The position numbers and the translations under genes are program-made. A stretch of DNA of 64,000 bases from an uncultured Desulfarculus sp. (GTDB lineage Bacteria > Desulfobacterota > Desulfarculia > Desulfarculales > Desulfarculaceae): assembly GCA_963665125.2 (NCBI GenBank), contig CAXXUK010000001.1, forward strand, positions 1,248,001-1,312,000, given 5' to 3'. Of this stretch, positions 19,067 through 28,310 are shown piece by piece. The first letter of the stretch is position 1. The number at the start of each line of letters is the position of its first letter. The notes beneath the pieces were generated by a model that saw only the letters and a list, made by a program, of their open reading frames with translations, did not search any database and had not been told where the DNA came from.

Positions 19067-20527
19067 ATGGATTACACTGATCTGAGCGTCAAACAGGCCT
19101 CCGAGGCCCTGGCCAAGGGCGATATATCCTCGGTGGAGCTGACCAAGGCCATGATCGCCCGGGTGGAGGCCACCGAGCCCAAGGTCAAGGCCTATTTGAC
19201 CACCACGCCCGAACTGGCCCTGGAGCAGGCGGCCGCGGCCGACGCGCGCATCGCCGCGGGCAATGCCGGACCGCTTACGGGCATACCGGCGGGCATCAAG
19301 GACGTGATCTGCACCGACGGCGTGCGCACCACCTGCGGCAGCAAGATTTTAGAGAATTTCGTGCCGCCCTATGACGCCACCCTGGTGAACAAGCTCAAGC
19401 AGGCGGGCATGGTCATGCTGGGCAAGCAGAACATGGACGAGTTCGCCATGGGCTCCAGCACGGAAAACTCGGCCTTTCAGGTGACCCACAACCCGTGGGA
19501 TTTCAAGGCCGTGCCCGGCGGATCCAGCGGCGGATCGGCGGCCAGCGTGGCGGCCCGGTCGTGCTTCTATTCCATCGGCACCGACACGGGCGGTTCCATC
19601 CGGCAGCCCGCCAGCCACTGCGGCGTGGTGGGCATCAAACCCACCTACGGCAGGGTCAGCCGGTTCGGCCTGGTGGCCTTTGCCAGCAGCCTGGACCAGG
19701 CCGGGCCCATCGCCCGCACCGTGGAAGACGCGGCCCTGGTGCTCCAGGCCATTGCCGGGCACGACCCGTCCGACTCCACCAGCGTGCCCACGCCGGTTGG
19801 CGATTATCTGGGCGCGTTGAAAAAGGACGTCAAGGGCCTCAAGCTGGGCGTACCCAAGGAATACTTCATCGAGGGCATGGACCCCGAGGTGGAGGCCACG
19901 GTAAAGGCGGCCATCGCCGAGTTGGAAAGCCAGGGCGCCGAGATCGTGGAGATCAGCCTGCCCCACACCGACTACGGCGTGGCGGCCTATTACGTCATAG
20001 CCCCGGCCGAGGCCAGCAGCAACCTGGCCCGCTATGACGGCGTGAAATACGGAATAAGTATTCGCGGCGACAACAAGCCGCTCATCGACATGTACACCGA
20101 CACCCGCTCCCAAGGTTTCGGCAACGAGGTTATCCGCCGGATCATGATCGGCACCTACGCCCTTAGCGCCGGTTATTACGACGCCTATTACAACAAGGCC
20201 GGTCAGGTGCGTACGCTGTTGGTCAACGACTTCAAGGCCGCCTTTGAGCAGGTAGACGCCATCGTCGGCCCGGTGAGCCCCACCCCGGCCTTTGACATCG
20301 GCCAGAACGTGGGCGACCCCATGCAGATGTATTTGGGCGACGTATTCACGCTTTCGGTGAACATGGCCGGGCTGCCGGGCATCAGCGTGCCTTGCGGATT
20401 CGCCGCGTCGGGCCGGCCCATCGGTTTGCAGATCCTGGCCCCGCACTTTGCCGAAGAGACGCTTTTGACCGTCGGCCACGCCTATCAGCAGGCCACGGAC
20501 CACCACACCAAGGCCCCGGCCCTGTAG
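19067..20527 (+). CDS. gatA: Asp/Glu-tRNA amidotransferase subunit A
   Basis: Amidase signature [44 protein letters not shown]. Confidence 0.97.
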   Translation: MDYTDLSVKQASEALAKGDISSVELTKAMIARVEATEPKVKAYLTTTPELALEQAAAADARIAAGNAGPLTGIPAGIKDVICTDGVRTTCGSKILENFVPPYDATLVNKLKQAGMVMLGKQNMDEFAMGSSTENSAFQVTHNPWDFKAVPGGSSGGSAASVAARSCFYSIGTDTGGSIRQPASHCGVVGIKPTYGRVSRFGLVAFASSLDQAGPIARTVEDAALVLQAIAGHDPSDSTSVPTPVGDYLGALKKDVKGLKLGVPKEYFIEGMDPEVEATVKAAIAELESQGAEIVEISLPHTDYGVAAYYVIAPAEASSNLARYDGVKYGISIRGDNKPLIDMYTDTRSQGFGNEVIRRIMIGTYALSAGYYDAYYNKAGQVRTLLVNDFKAAFEQVDAIVGPVSPTPAFDIGQNVGDPMQMYLGDVFTLSVNMAGLPGISVPCGFAASGRPIGLQILAPHFAEETLLTVGHAYQQATDHHTKAPAL

Positions 20528-20540
20528 GCGCGTCCAAATT

Positions 20541-20865
20541 TTTCTTTGGGGGGCTTTTTAAAAAAAGCCCCCCAAACCCCGTAAAAACTTTGCCGCTTAT
20601 TGTTGGCCGGCTGCGCCGCAAAACAATAAGCGGTCATTTTTTCGGCGTCGCGCGGTGTCTTGCCATTGCGGGCGCATTTGTTTTGCCTGCGGCAAAACAA
20701 ATGCGCCGGATAAAGACAACGTAATTCACCCCGTAAGTAGTGGCCCAAAACGGCGCGATTGATTTGGCCTTTGGCCAAATCAATCGCTCACGCGGTTTTC
20801 TTTTTGGAAGGGGGTCTGGGGGAGACCTTTTTCTTTTAGCTGTAAAAGAAAAAGGTCTCCCCCAG
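20541..20865 (+). repeat. Multi-hairpin intergenic repeat, copy 2 (most complete, H1-H5)
   Basis: Hairpins at 20545-20576, 20593-20633, 20671-20707 (17 bp perfect), 20755-20787 (15 bp perfect), 20816-20865 (23 bp perfect). Confidence 0.88.
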
Positions 20866-20882
20866 CAACAAGACTCACAAAT

Positions 20883-21437
20883 TCATTTAACGTTGAGGGC
20901 GGAAATGTAGCGGATGGAGCAGTTCGCCAGGTCGCTTTCAACCTGCGGCGCCCGGTCGATGTCCATCATGTCCGGCTCTTCTTCCGGCGCGGGAATGATC
21001 ATCAGCATAAGCCGGGCCGACTTGCGGTCCCAAGACCAGTTTTTCATGGGTGTGTCCGTATCAGTCTTGGTGGGTTGACCATACTGGTTGACCAGCAGTT
21101 CCGGCAAACCCATCAGTTTGGCGGCCAGCCCGTCGCCCATCAGCAAGACTTCGGTGAGCTTGCCGCTTTCGGATTTTTCGCTGAAATACAGATAAGCCGT
21201 GAACTGGGAATCAACCAGTTGATTTTGATCGACCAAGGCGCAGCTGGCAATGCCGCCGGAGTCCTGCCACGGACCCAGCTTGTATAGCTTGGACACCTGG
21301 GCATGGGTCATGCCCCAGGTCAGCTTTTGCCAACCGGTGATGTCTTTTTGGCTAAATGTGCTATTTTTATAAAAGAAAACGCCTGCGGCAGTTGCCAACA
21401 ACACGGCAACGGTAAGCAGAATAACTTTTTTGGACAC
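20883..21437 (-). CDS. Hypothetical exported/membrane-anchored protein
   Basis: N-terminal hydrophobic segment; GWQKLTWGMT motif; GGAGG RBS with GTG start. Confidence 0.75.
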   Translation of the reverse strand: MSKKVILLTVAVLLATAAGVFFYKNSTFSQKDITGWQKLTWGMTHAQVSKLYKLGPWQDSGGIASCALVDQNQLVDSQFTAYLYFSEKSESGKLTEVLLMGDGLAAKLMGLPELLVNQYGQPTKTDTDTPMKNWSWDRKSARLMLMIIPAPEEEPDMMDIDRAPQVESDLANCSIRYISALNVK

Positions 21438-21557
21438 CGCCGATCCTCCGGATGCATGTATCAGGTCAAGGCAATCTTATCACAGCATTGCCCAGCCTGC
21501 GATTGCCAGCGCCCGTTGGATATGGCATCATCGCCGCACACAACCATGGAGCAACAT

Positions 21558-22016
21558 ATGTCCGAATTCGAGCCATACATGACCGCCGCCGATGTCCGGC
21601 GCATCTGCGACACCCTGGAAAAGCACCACTTACACAGCATGCTTGATGTGCATGTCATCAAGGCCGAAGACGGCCGATCGGAAATTCAGTGTCACATCGG
21701 CCCTGATCACATGAACGTGCTGGGCTCCATGCACGGCGGCAACTATTACACGCTATTGGACGTGGCAGCGTATTGCGCATCGCTGACCATGTTGCCGCCC
21801 ACGACCAACGCAACGACCCACGATATCCACATATCGATAATGAAACCGCTTTTTGACGGCGATGATTTGACCCTGACGGCCGAGGTAAAGCGTAGAGGGC
21901 GCAGCCTTATCTTTATCGACGCCGAAGCCCGCAGCAAGGGCAAGCTGGTGGCCTCGGCGCGCATCACCAAGAGCGTGGTGCCCTTTGACATGACCAACCT
22001 GATGGCCAAGGGGTAG
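21558..22016 (+). CDS. PaaI family thioesterase (hotdog fold)
   Basis: HMNVLGSMHGGNYYTLLDVA, AEVKRRGRSLIF; GGAG RBS. Confidence 0.9.
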   Translation: MSEFEPYMTAADVRRICDTLEKHHLHSMLDVHVIKAEDGRSEIQCHIGPDHMNVLGSMHGGNYYTLLDVAAYCASLTMLPPTTNATTHDIHISIMKPLFDGDDLTLTAEVKRRGRSLIFIDAEARSKGKLVASARITKSVVPFDMTNLMAKG

Positions 22017-22033
22017 GTTTAAAGCTCTTTTTT

Positions 22034-23551
22034 TTACAATTCGTCGCCCATTGCGGCCACCGCCCGCCAGTTTTCCAGGCCATCGTCATGCTCAGAGGCG
22101 CTCAGCAGCCCGGTCAATACGTCCTGCACGTAATCCGGGCTGCGCATGCCCACCAAAACGCTGCTTACGCCTGGAGCGCTGCGCACGGCCCTGACAGCCG
22201 CCTGGCTTAGCGTGCCGGCCTCGGCCCATTGGGGCGCTGCCGTGGCCAGGGTCTGGCGCACCTGCCCGGCCTGTTTGGCGGCCATGGCCATGTACAGCTC
22301 ATCCACGGCCCGATGTAGATCCTGACTGGCCCCCCGCCACTGTTCGAGCCATTGATCCAATCCGGCGTCCGTGGCGTTCTGATTCAGTTGAGCGGCTACA
22401 AAGTCCATCCTGGGCCGCAGAAAGCTGTCGCGGGTGGTGCGCCACTGCTCCAGCCCCCCGAACCCGTCCCAGTGCTTGCGCAGGCCGCCCGCAGCGGGCA
22501 AGGCGTTGAATATGGCGTTGACCAAGGCCGGATCCAGCCCTGATTCCACCAGCAACTCCCTGCCCCGGTCCTCCAAATCGGCCAAGTTGTCCAGGCCCTG
22601 AATTATCTTGCTCGGTTGCGGCGCTTCCACATCCGGGAATCCGCTTAGGCGGATCATCTGTTTTTCGGTTACTGCGTTCAAGGGACGATTGATAAGCACG
22701 CCCAGGCCCTGGGCCGCGGCAAACTCAATCACGCTTTGACCGCCGGGCTGGTTGGCCAGAATCACGGCCTGGGGCTCCAGAATGTTGAGGGGCATTTCCA
22801 CCACGGCAAAATGGTTGTCCGGGCCCAGCCTGGCGGCGATGCCGCAAATATCGGTCAGAGGCGTATGCTCAAAATCATCGGCGGGCATGGGAAAAGTATT
22901 GGAACTGATTCCATAATATTGAATGCGTCCGGCGGCCGCCTCGGTTTCCAAATGACTGAAGGCCAGCTCAATGCGGCGCAGGTATTCCGCCCGGGCCTCG
23001 TCCGGCGCTACCCCCTGGGACTTGGCCCAAGCCAGATAATATTCCGGGTTGTGAACCAGATAGACGTCCAGGCAATCCAGGCCCATCCGCTCCAGGCTGC
23101 GGCTGATCTGGTCGGCCAGAAATTCGGGATGGATGCAGTGTTCCAGGCCGGTGGCATATTCCACCAGATCGGGGTATGGCCTGCCCTGGGCCTTGCGCTG
23201 CTGGCTGATGGCGTAGTTCTCGCCTTGCAGATAGCCACCCTTGGTCACCACCACAACCTGTTCGCGGCTGATGGCGCCGCCGGCGATGAGTTCGGCCAAC
23301 ACCTTGCCCACCAGGCGCTCCGAACCGCCGCCGGTGTAATTGGCGCTGGTGTCGACGAGGTTAATGCCCGCCTGCAGGGCCCCGGAAAGGGCGATGCGAT
23401 GGGCCGGGGTGGCGTCATCAACCCGGTAACAGCCGAAACCGGCTTGGCTGACGGCCAGGCCCGTGCGGCCCAATTGATTGTAAGCCAAGCCGTTTTCCAG
23501 GCCGATCATGGCGTTTGTCACATCCACTTCCGCCTTGCCTTCAAACACCAT
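22034..23551 (-). CDS. Aldo/keto reductase with C-terminal extension
   Basis: LGRTGLAVSQAGFG, DTSANYTGGGSE, VVTKGG, DVYLVHNPE, VLVGMR. Confidence 0.88.
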   Translation of the reverse strand: MVFEGKAEVDVTNAMIGLENGLAYNQLGRTGLAVSQAGFGCYRVDDATPAHRIALSGALQAGINLVDTSANYTGGGSERLVGKVLAELIAGGAISREQVVVVTKGGYLQGENYAISQQRKAQGRPYPDLVEYATGLEHCIHPEFLADQISRSLERMGLDCLDVYLVHNPEYYLAWAKSQGVAPDEARAEYLRRIELAFSHLETEAAAGRIQYYGISSNTFPMPADDFEHTPLTDICGIAARLGPDNHFAVVEMPLNILEPQAVILANQPGGQSVIEFAAAQGLGVLINRPLNAVTEKQMIRLSGFPDVEAPQPSKIIQGLDNLADLEDRGRELLVESGLDPALVNAIFNALPAAGGLRKHWDGFGGLEQWRTTRDSFLRPRMDFVAAQLNQNATDAGLDQWLEQWRGASQDLHRAVDELYMAMAAKQAGQVRQTLATAAPQWAEAGTLSQAAVRAVRSAPGVSSVLVGMRSPDYVQDVLTGLLSASEHDDGLENWRAVAAMGDEL

Positions 23552-23579
23552 TTGCGCCTCTTTTCCGCTCTGTATCGTC

Positions 23580-24929
23580 TCAGCTCAAACCGTATTTCTT
23601 TATCTTGTATGCCAGATTGCTCTTGGTCACACCAAGGGCCAGGGCCGCGTGGGCCGCCACGCCGCCGGCCTCGGCCAGGGCCCTTTGGATCATCCGTTTT
23701 TCCAGGTCCTCAACGGCCTGGTTGATGGTCATGCCGGTGGGAAGCTCCGTGGCGGCAATTCCCGCGCCGGCCTGTGCGCTGACTTCCAGGGGAAGATCGT
23801 CCACCTGGATCTCCTCACCACAGAGGATGACCGCACGCTCCAGGGCGTTTTCCAGCTCACGAACGTTACCGGGCCAGGAATGATCATAGATGGCCTGCAT
23901 GGCCTGGGCCGAGACCTTGGGCACCGGCCTGCCCACCTCGGCCGCGTATTTTTTTACAAAGTGGGCCACCAACAACGGCAGGTCCTCGGCGCGTTCCCGC
24001 AGGGCGGGCATTTCCAGGCGTACCACGTTGAGCCGATAAAACAAGTCGTCGCGGAACTTGCCCAGCTTGACCTGCTCGGCCAGATCGCGGTTGGTGGCCG
24101 CCACGATACGCACGTCAACAGTTATGGGCTGGGTGCCGCCAACCCGCTCAAAGGTACGTTCCTGCAACACCCGCAAGAGCTTGACCTGGGTCGCGGGTGG
24201 AATCTCGCCGATTTCATCCAAAAACAGGGTGCCCCGGTGGGCCAGTTCAAAGCGGCCCTTGCGGCTGCTGGTGGCCCCGGTGAACGATCCCTTTTCATGG
24301 CCGAAAAGCTCGCTTTCCATCAGCGTCTCGGTGATGGCCATGCAGTTGACGGCCACGAAGGGCTCCTCGGCACGGCTGGAGCGGGCGTGCAGGGCCCTGG
24401 CTATGAGTTCCTTGCCCGTACCGCTTTCGCCGGTGATCAAGACAGTGGCCTTGGCGTCGGCCACCTTTTCGACCATGGCGTAGACCTGGCGCATTGCCGA
24501 GGACTGGCCGATTATCTCGCCGAAGCCGCCCAGCTCTTCCCTGAGCAGGCGGTTCTGGGTCATCAGCCGCCGCATTTTCAGCGACTTTTCAATGGTCAGC
24601 AGAAGTTCCTGGTTTTCAAAGGGCTTGGCGATATAGTCCGTGGCCCCGAGCTTCATTGCTTCCACCGCGTTTTCCACGGTGCCGAACGCCGTCATGACGA
24701 TTACCGGCAGTTCAGGATAGCGCTCCTTGAGCTTGCCGATGAGCTCCGTGCCGGTCATGCGGGGCATTTTCATGTCCGTGACCACCATGTCCGGCTCGTC
24801 GCCCTCGGTTAGCCGCAGGGCGGCCGCGCCGTTGTCGGCGGTAATAACGTCATAGCCTTCGCTCCGTAACAGAGCCTCCAGGACCACCAGATAGTTTTTT
24901 TCGTCGTCTACAACCAGGATGCGGTACAC
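23580..24929 (-). CDS. Sigma54-dependent response regulator (NtrC/AtoC family)
   Basis: Receiver LVVDDE/TDMKMP, GESGTGKE, ESELFGHEKGSFTGA, WPGNVRELEN, Fis-type HTH. Confidence 0.95.
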   Translation of the reverse strand: MYRILVVDDEKNYLVVLEALLRSEGYDVITADNGAAALRLTEGDEPDMVVTDMKMPRMTGTELIGKLKERYPELPVIVMTAFGTVENAVEAMKLGATDYIAKPFENQELLLTIEKSLKMRRLMTQNRLLREELGGFGEIIGQSSAMRQVYAMVEKVADAKATVLITGESGTGKELIARALHARSSRAEEPFVAVNCMAITETLMESELFGHEKGSFTGATSSRKGRFELAHRGTLFLDEIGEIPPATQVKLLRVLQERTFERVGGTQPITVDVRIVAATNRDLAEQVKLGKFRDDLFYRLNVVRLEMPALRERAEDLPLLVAHFVKKYAAEVGRPVPKVSAQAMQAIYDHSWPGNVRELENALERAVILCGEEIQVDDLPLEVSAQAGAGIAATELPTGMTINQAVEDLEKRMIQRALAEAGGVAAHAALALGVTKSNLAYKIKKYGLS

Positions 24930-24959
24930 GCTTGCCCCTTAATATGGATGGCCGGATTT

Positions 24960-26417
24960 TCAAGCCAGCGGAAGGATGATCTTTACCACGGCGCCGCCGC
25001 CTTCGCCGCGCTCGAAAAGCAGCTTGCCTTCATGACTGTTGATGATATTGCCCACGATGGACAGCCCCAGCCCGGTGCCTTTTTCCCTTGTGGTGAAAAA
25101 CGGGTCCTGAATCTGGTCCAAGGTTTCCGGGTCGAATCCCGGGCCGCTGTCTTCGACGATCACCGCCGCCGAGCGCCGCCCGTCATATCGCCCGACCTTG
25201 GTGGAAACGCGCAGGATGCCGCCGTCTTCCATCACTTGCAGGGCATTGTTGAAGATATTCAACAACGCCCGGTACAGCAGATCCGGGTCGGCCATCACCG
25301 TTGCGCCGCCTTGGGTGTAATCGCGCTCCAGGGCTATTCCCAGGCGCGTCAGTTCGGGCTTCAAGGCTGTCAGGTTGTGTTCGAGAACATCTTCCAGAAG
25401 CACCGGCTCCAGGCTGGCCCGTTGGGGCCTGGCAAAATCCAGAAATTCGGTGACGATCTGGTTGAGCCGGTTGCTTTCCTCCACAATAACTCCGGAAAGC
25501 GGCTTGAAGGCCTTGTCGGCGTTTTTACCCAACAGCTCGGCCGTGGAGCGGATGATGCCCAGGGGGTTGCGGATTTCATGGGCCACGCCGGCTATCATGC
25601 GGCCCAGGGAGGCCAGACGGGCCGACTGGTTGACCTGTTCAATGAGCTGGGCCCGTTCCTCGGCCTGGCGGGCCATTACCCGCTGGCCCCTGAGCACGAT
25701 GGTCCGCAGGATCACGAACAACACCGCCATCATGGCCAACAGGGCGGCCATGATCAACAGCTGGTTGTGCCATACGTCCCGGAAATCGGCGCTCACGTCC
25801 ATTTCGATCTCAAACACGGCCCTGGGCGGGCCAAGTTCGGCCGTGCGCCTGCGCTGGTCGCGCAAGGGGATGGACATGCGCATGATCCGCTGGGGACCGG
25901 CGCCCATCATGATGGCGTCCAGGGAGGGTTTGATAACGCTTTTGCTGCCGCCCGATGCCGCTATGCGAAACCCAGGGCCCTCGTCGCCCACCCGGCCTAT
26001 ATGCTCCGGCTGGGTGCTGTAGATGATGTTGCCGTCAAGGTCCAGGATATTGACCTTGAGCACGTTGAACAGGCCCTTGTCGCCGCCCTGCATGGGCACG
26101 CTGTTGCGCACCACCGCGTCCAGGAGCTTGAACTGCTCGGGCTGGCCAACGTTGATGCCGCCGTATTCCTGCAGGGCCGCCACCACAAAACGGTTCATCA
26201 CCTGATGATTGAGGTTTTCGGCCAGCAGCCGGGCGAACTGCTCCTGTTTGGCAATGGCCTCGCTGGTGGACCGGGTGCTCACGGTCCAAGCGATGAGCAT
26301 GGCGAAAAGCAAAATGATCATCAAGCTGGTGACGGAATAGTACTCCACCAACTGAAACGGCTTTTCGCCGGATTCGCCAAAGCCGGGCTTCAGCGTTTGC
26401 TCGCTGCCTTGAACCAA
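24960..26417 (-). CDS. Sensor histidine kinase
   Basis: Two TMs, H-box AHEIRNPL, N-box NIFNNA, DSGPG, PFFTT..GTGLGL; start uncertain. Confidence 0.92.
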   Translation of the reverse strand: MVQGSEQTLKPGFGESGEKPFQLVEYYSVTSLMIILLFAMLIAWTVSTRSTSEAIAKQEQFARLLAENLNHQVMNRFVVAALQEYGGINVGQPEQFKLLDAVVRNSVPMQGGDKGLFNVLKVNILDLDGNIIYSTQPEHIGRVGDEGPGFRIAASGGSKSVIKPSLDAIMMGAGPQRIMRMSIPLRDQRRRTAELGPPRAVFEIEMDVSADFRDVWHNQLLIMAALLAMMAVLFVILRTIVLRGQRVMARQAEERAQLIEQVNQSARLASLGRMIAGVAHEIRNPLGIIRSTAELLGKNADKAFKPLSGVIVEESNRLNQIVTEFLDFARPQRASLEPVLLEDVLEHNLTALKPELTRLGIALERDYTQGGATVMADPDLLYRALLNIFNNALQVMEDGGILRVSTKVGRYDGRRSAAVIVEDSGPGFDPETLDQIQDPFFTTREKGTGLGLSIVGNIINSHEGKLLFERGEGGGAVVKIILPLA

Positions 26418-26435
26418 TTCGCCCCCTTGCCGGGT

Positions 26436-27839
26436 TTATATCGTATGGCGCCCGATCTGGGCGCCTGCCATCTGACGGGCCTGTTCTTCAAAACCTTCAC
26501 GGCCCATCAGACCATATGTCAATTGTTTGCCCAGTTCAACACCAGGCTGATCCAGAGGATCAATCCCCAGGATGGCCCCGGCCATGACCGTGGCCAGCTC
26601 CAGCAGATAAAACACCTGGCCGATGGTATGGGCGCTGATTTCCGGCAGGCGCAGAGCCAGGCTGGGCCTGCCCTGCTGAGCCAGGGCGGTCGCCGTGGCC
26701 GTGGCCTCGGCCTTGATCAGTTCGCTCATGCCCCTGCCGCCCAGATAGGACAGGCCCGATATCTCCGGGTGCAGCTCGGGGATGATAAGGTCCTTGCCGT
26801 AATCGTCCACGGTGACAAAACATACCAGCTTGTCCTGGGGTCCTTCCATGTAAAGCTGCAACTGGCTGTGCTGGTCGGTGGCGCCCACCGCGGCAACCGG
26901 CGTCTGGCCGGTATGCACCACCGAGCCGTCCAGGGCGTTGGCCTTGCCCAGGCTTTCGGCCCAGAGCTGGCCGAACCACTGGGAAAGGCCGAACAAGTCG
27001 CTGGCATAGGGCATCATCACGATGATATTACGGCCTTGCCTGAACAGCTCGATGGCCAGGCAGGCGAACAGATAGGCCGGATTTTTCAGCGGGTCCGGAT
27101 CAACGCAGCGCACGGCCATGGCCGCGGCCCCGGCCAGCAGGGCCTCGATGTCATGGCCCGCGCAGGCCAGGGGCAACAGGCCCACCGAACTCAATACCGA
27201 ATAACGGCCTCCCACGTTGGGCGGCACGCTCAGCACGGCGATATCCTCGCCGCCGTCCACCAATTTGCGCAGGTTGCCGGCCTTGGGGTCGGTGGTGAAG
27301 ACCAGTCTCCTGCGGGCCTCATTCTTACCCAGGGCCTGCTCCAGCCTTTGGCGGGCGATGAGGTACTGGCTCATGGTCTCGGCCGTGGAGCCGCTTTTGC
27401 TTATCACGTTGTAAACGGTCTTGGCCGGATCGAGGTTGTCCACCAGGGCCCCGAACATCCTCGGGTCCGAGTTGTCGGCCACGAACAAACGCATTGCCTT
27501 GCCGGGCCGGGCATAGGCATGACGCAGGGCTCCGGCCAAGGCCATATCCACCGCCGTGGCCCCCAGGGCGCTGCCTCCGATGCCCAGAACCACGAAGTTC
27601 TCGGCAAACGACTGCAATTCACTGGTCAGTTGCCTGATGGGGCCCAACACATCGGCGCCCTGATGCGGCATGTCCATGAAGCCCAGCCCCCCCGCACCGT
27701 GCTGGTCCGCCAAGCGCTGGTGCAACTGCGTGATTTGGGGAGCCATGCCTTTGATAAAGTCCAGCGAAAGGCCCCGGCCGTTGCCCAAGGCTGAATCCAG
27801 GCAGTAGCCGTAATCCATTACAACATTGCTATCGGACAT
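26436..27839 (-). CDS. pgi: Glucose-6-phosphate isomerase
   Basis: GIGGSALG, SKSGSTAET, VGGRYSVLS, QLWAESLGK, DQHS, DQPGVELGK. Confidence 0.96.
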   Translation of the reverse strand: MSDSNVVMDYGYCLDSALGNGRGLSLDFIKGMAPQITQLHQRLADQHGAGGLGFMDMPHQGADVLGPIRQLTSELQSFAENFVVLGIGGSALGATAVDMALAGALRHAYARPGKAMRLFVADNSDPRMFGALVDNLDPAKTVYNVISKSGSTAETMSQYLIARQRLEQALGKNEARRRLVFTTDPKAGNLRKLVDGGEDIAVLSVPPNVGGRYSVLSSVGLLPLACAGHDIEALLAGAAAMAVRCVDPDPLKNPAYLFACLAIELFRQGRNIIVMMPYASDLFGLSQWFGQLWAESLGKANALDGSVVHTGQTPVAAVGATDQHSQLQLYMEGPQDKLVCFVTVDDYGKDLIIPELHPEISGLSYLGGRGMSELIKAEATATATALAQQGRPSLALRLPEISAHTIGQVFYLLELATVMAGAILGIDPLDQPGVELGKQLTYGLMGREGFEEQARQMAGAQIGRHTI

Positions 27840-28058
27840 GCCATTCCTCCGTTATCAGCAACCGTAACCTTATTACAATGCTTAGCAAAACAATGCATCT
27901 ATTTGATTCGAGTATACTTTGTGGCAAAGGTACAAACAAGAGACGCTTGTGCACACAAACACGTAACACAAATTTGACAAATCATTTTTACTGATATAAG
28001 AATATTACACATTTTTGACAGGCCAATCAGACGTAGCAGCACCATTGGAGTGTAGTGC

Positions 28059-28298
28059 ATGAAAGAAATACTCGATCATCTCTCCGACCAGTTTCTAGAG
28101 CTTGAATCCTGCGACGTCATTGAATTGCTTCCCGATATCCAAAAGAGAATGGAACATTGCGACAACACCCGGGAATGGGAACGCTCGGTTGTCAGCTTCT
28201 TCTTAATCAACGCCCTCCGCTTCAAGGACAATTCAAAGCGCAACTGCATGGCGCCTTCAGCGCTTGAGGAACGCCCCAAACTGCGGGTGGTCAAATAA
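28059..28298 (+). CDS. Small helical hypothetical protein with C-terminal RPKLRVVK tail
   Basis: 79 aa, GGAG RBS, divergent from pgi. Confidence 0.75.
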   Translation: MKEILDHLSDQFLELESCDVIELLPDIQKRMEHCDNTREWERSVVSFFLINALRFKDNSKRNCMAPSALEERPKLRVVK

Positions 28299-28310
28299 GC
28301 CGCACCCAAA

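Noticed and set aside
20541..20865. CRISPR array or integron attC interpretation of the hairpin clusters
   Set aside because: No identical direct repeats with unique spacers, no cas or integrase genes, and no RYYYAAC/GTTRRRY cassette-bounding boxes
24948..27794. 948-aa plus-strand ORF
   Set aside because: Antisense shadow of pgi and the histidine kinase; long stop-free antisense frames are expected with GC-rich codon bias and it has no motifs
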